Shown here: piece after piece, positions 62,561 through 64,000 of the stretch
How positions within the stretch are numbered: position 1 is the stretch's first letter
How the letters are laid out: the number at the start of each line of letters is the position of its first letter
From: Gracilinanus agilis
Lineage: Eukaryota
DNA: 64,000 bases
Direction of reading: 5' to 3'
Assembly: GCF_016433145.1 (NCBI RefSeq)
Contig: NC_058134.1
Span: forward strand, 223,827,583-223,891,582
The notes under the pieces: generated by a model
The model's input: only the letters and a program-made list of their open reading frames with translations
Databases searched by the model: none
Told to the model about the DNA's origin: nothing
Translations under genes and position numbers: made by a program

Positions 62561-63539
62561 CTTAGTTGCTGCGTATATGCAGTTCTGATGCTGCTACTCT
62601 CAAGAGATGGGGCTGTGTTCAAGTATTTTCCTTATTTTCTTCCACTAAATGGGGGACATGAATATAACAGTCCACACTAATAATGTATTATTGTTCTATA
62701 AGAAATGACAAAATAGACACTTTCAGAGGAAACTGGGAAGATTGCTATGAACTGACACAGAGAGAAGGGAGTGTAATGCATGCTTTGTTTGGGGTGACTT
62801 TGTTAAATGTAAAGTATTTACATAAAGTCTTATTCCTCCACTTGCATGTTTATTTGAAAGCAAGTGGCATGAAAGGAAGATTCTCAAAATCTTCTTTTTG
62901 TATCTTGATTTGTTCTAGAAACGCTTTCTTTCTTGGACCGTTTAAAATTCCTTTTTCTTAAAAATTATTTTTATTCAGTTGTTTTGTTGATAGCTTTTAA
63001 GTCTATGACCAAAAAAAATGTTTTAAGATCTGAAATTGGCCTCTCCCCAAATTCGAATTAAACCAGGTTAAATTCTTCAAGTCTGATTTTTCAAAGAAGG
63101 TCACACAACTAAGTTGAGTTGGGCGGTCTGCTTCTCCATAGGAAAGCTGCTGACTCCATCTAAAGCCTTATCATCAGAGGGTTGGTGACCAGATAATGAC
63201 TTTTTTGGCCTCAAAAATTCACAAAACTGTCTCTGAAGGCCTGGAGCAGCTGTGATCTGCACTGGCAAAGAGAAGACCCACAAGGGGGAAATCACTGTCC
63301 CTTTAGGACTGAACTTTAAAACAATTTTATTGCTACAAAGCAGTTTCCAGAGAGCTTTAGTCCGAGGTCCTGGTTCCCAATTCTGGCTATCATTTAACTC
63401 CCTATGTAACCTAAGGCTTCCCGTCCCTTGACCAGAGCTTCCTCCTGTCCTCTAAAAGGGAATTAAACCAATGACCTCCAAGGTCCTTCCTGACTCAACA
63501 CCCTGTGGACACGTGGGCCTCCATTCCTCTAAAATGTAG

Positions 63540-63720
63540 GAATTGGAGCCTGGACTGGAGATAAGAGGTCCTGGGTTCAAATTTGAATTCAGACACTTCC
63601 AAGCTGTGTGACTCCGAGCAAGTCACTTAAACCCCATTGCCTAGCCCTTATTGTTCTTCTGCCTCAGAACTGATACTTAGTATTGATTCTAAGATAGAAA
63701 GTAAGGGTTTAAAAAAAATG
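63540..63720 (+). mobile_element. CORE-SINE
   Basis: Matches the SINE consensus with an A tail. Confidence 0.8.
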
Positions 63721-64000
63721 TAGCAATTGTTCTTGATGCCTCCTATGGTCCCTCTAGTTCTAAGTCTAAGGCCCTAAGCCCTGATCTTCTTTCAGAATCT
63801 GCTTTGGAATTTTAAGGCCTTCTATTTTATGACACCTTGGACTAGGGTGGCCACAGCCTAGAGATAGGAAAAATGAGGAGACTGGACTAGAGATGGCCTT
63901 CAAGAGCCCTTTCACCTCCAAGCGGATGGTCTGTGGGCCTCGAGGTGTATCAGCACGTAAAAAAGGACAAAAGGTGCCCTCCCTCTGAGACACCTTCTGT

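Noticed and set aside
62204-62680. 158-aa Tyr/Ile-rich ORF
   Set aside because: Translation of the AT-rich minisatellite.
63101-63295. Minus-strand ORF with a good acceptor (ctttgccag), considered as the missing TCP11L2 start exon
   Set aside because: Only a superficial QPSD match; it lacks the expected serine-rich peptide and a strong phase-1 donor. The true exon is probably beyond position 64000.

Overview
Mammalian, marsupial-type genomic DNA. The repeat landscape (SINE1_Mdo/MAR1-type CORE-SINEs, marsupial L1 3' ends, RTE-related SINEs) points to a didelphid such as Monodelphis domestica; the species is inferred. Two tandem multi-exon genes lie on the minus strand. TCP11L2 has 8 coding exons in view (60122 down to the stop at 36861; its start-codon exon is probably right of the window). 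POLR3B (RNA polymerase III subunit RPC2) has coding exons 1-9 in view (ATG at 31397 down to 13662; codons 1-241), with a CpG-island promoter at about 31140-31730. This is the same order I recall for human 12q23 (TCP11L2-POLR3B-RFX4). I placed every exon by hand from the protein sequence and splice dinucleotides, and the reading frame is continuous across all junctions. The rest is intron and intergenic DNA filled with L1, L2, MIR/MAR SINEs, two solo LTRs, hAT MITEs, a 7SL retrocopy and low-complexity tracts. I found no convincing novel protein-coding system. The most interesting observations are: a young hAT MITE carrying a perfect CTCF core motif, which a second, truncated copy has lost; a 197-nt AG-exclusion zone with a distant branch point before a TCP11L2 exon; a GC-AG intron followed by a 310-nt CU tract; a TSD-flanked 213-bp solo LTR nested in an L1 between the two genes; inverted SINE pairs bracketing single exons; and local duplications and fold-backs. 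Repeat boundaries are estimated by eye and family names come from memory, not a database search.
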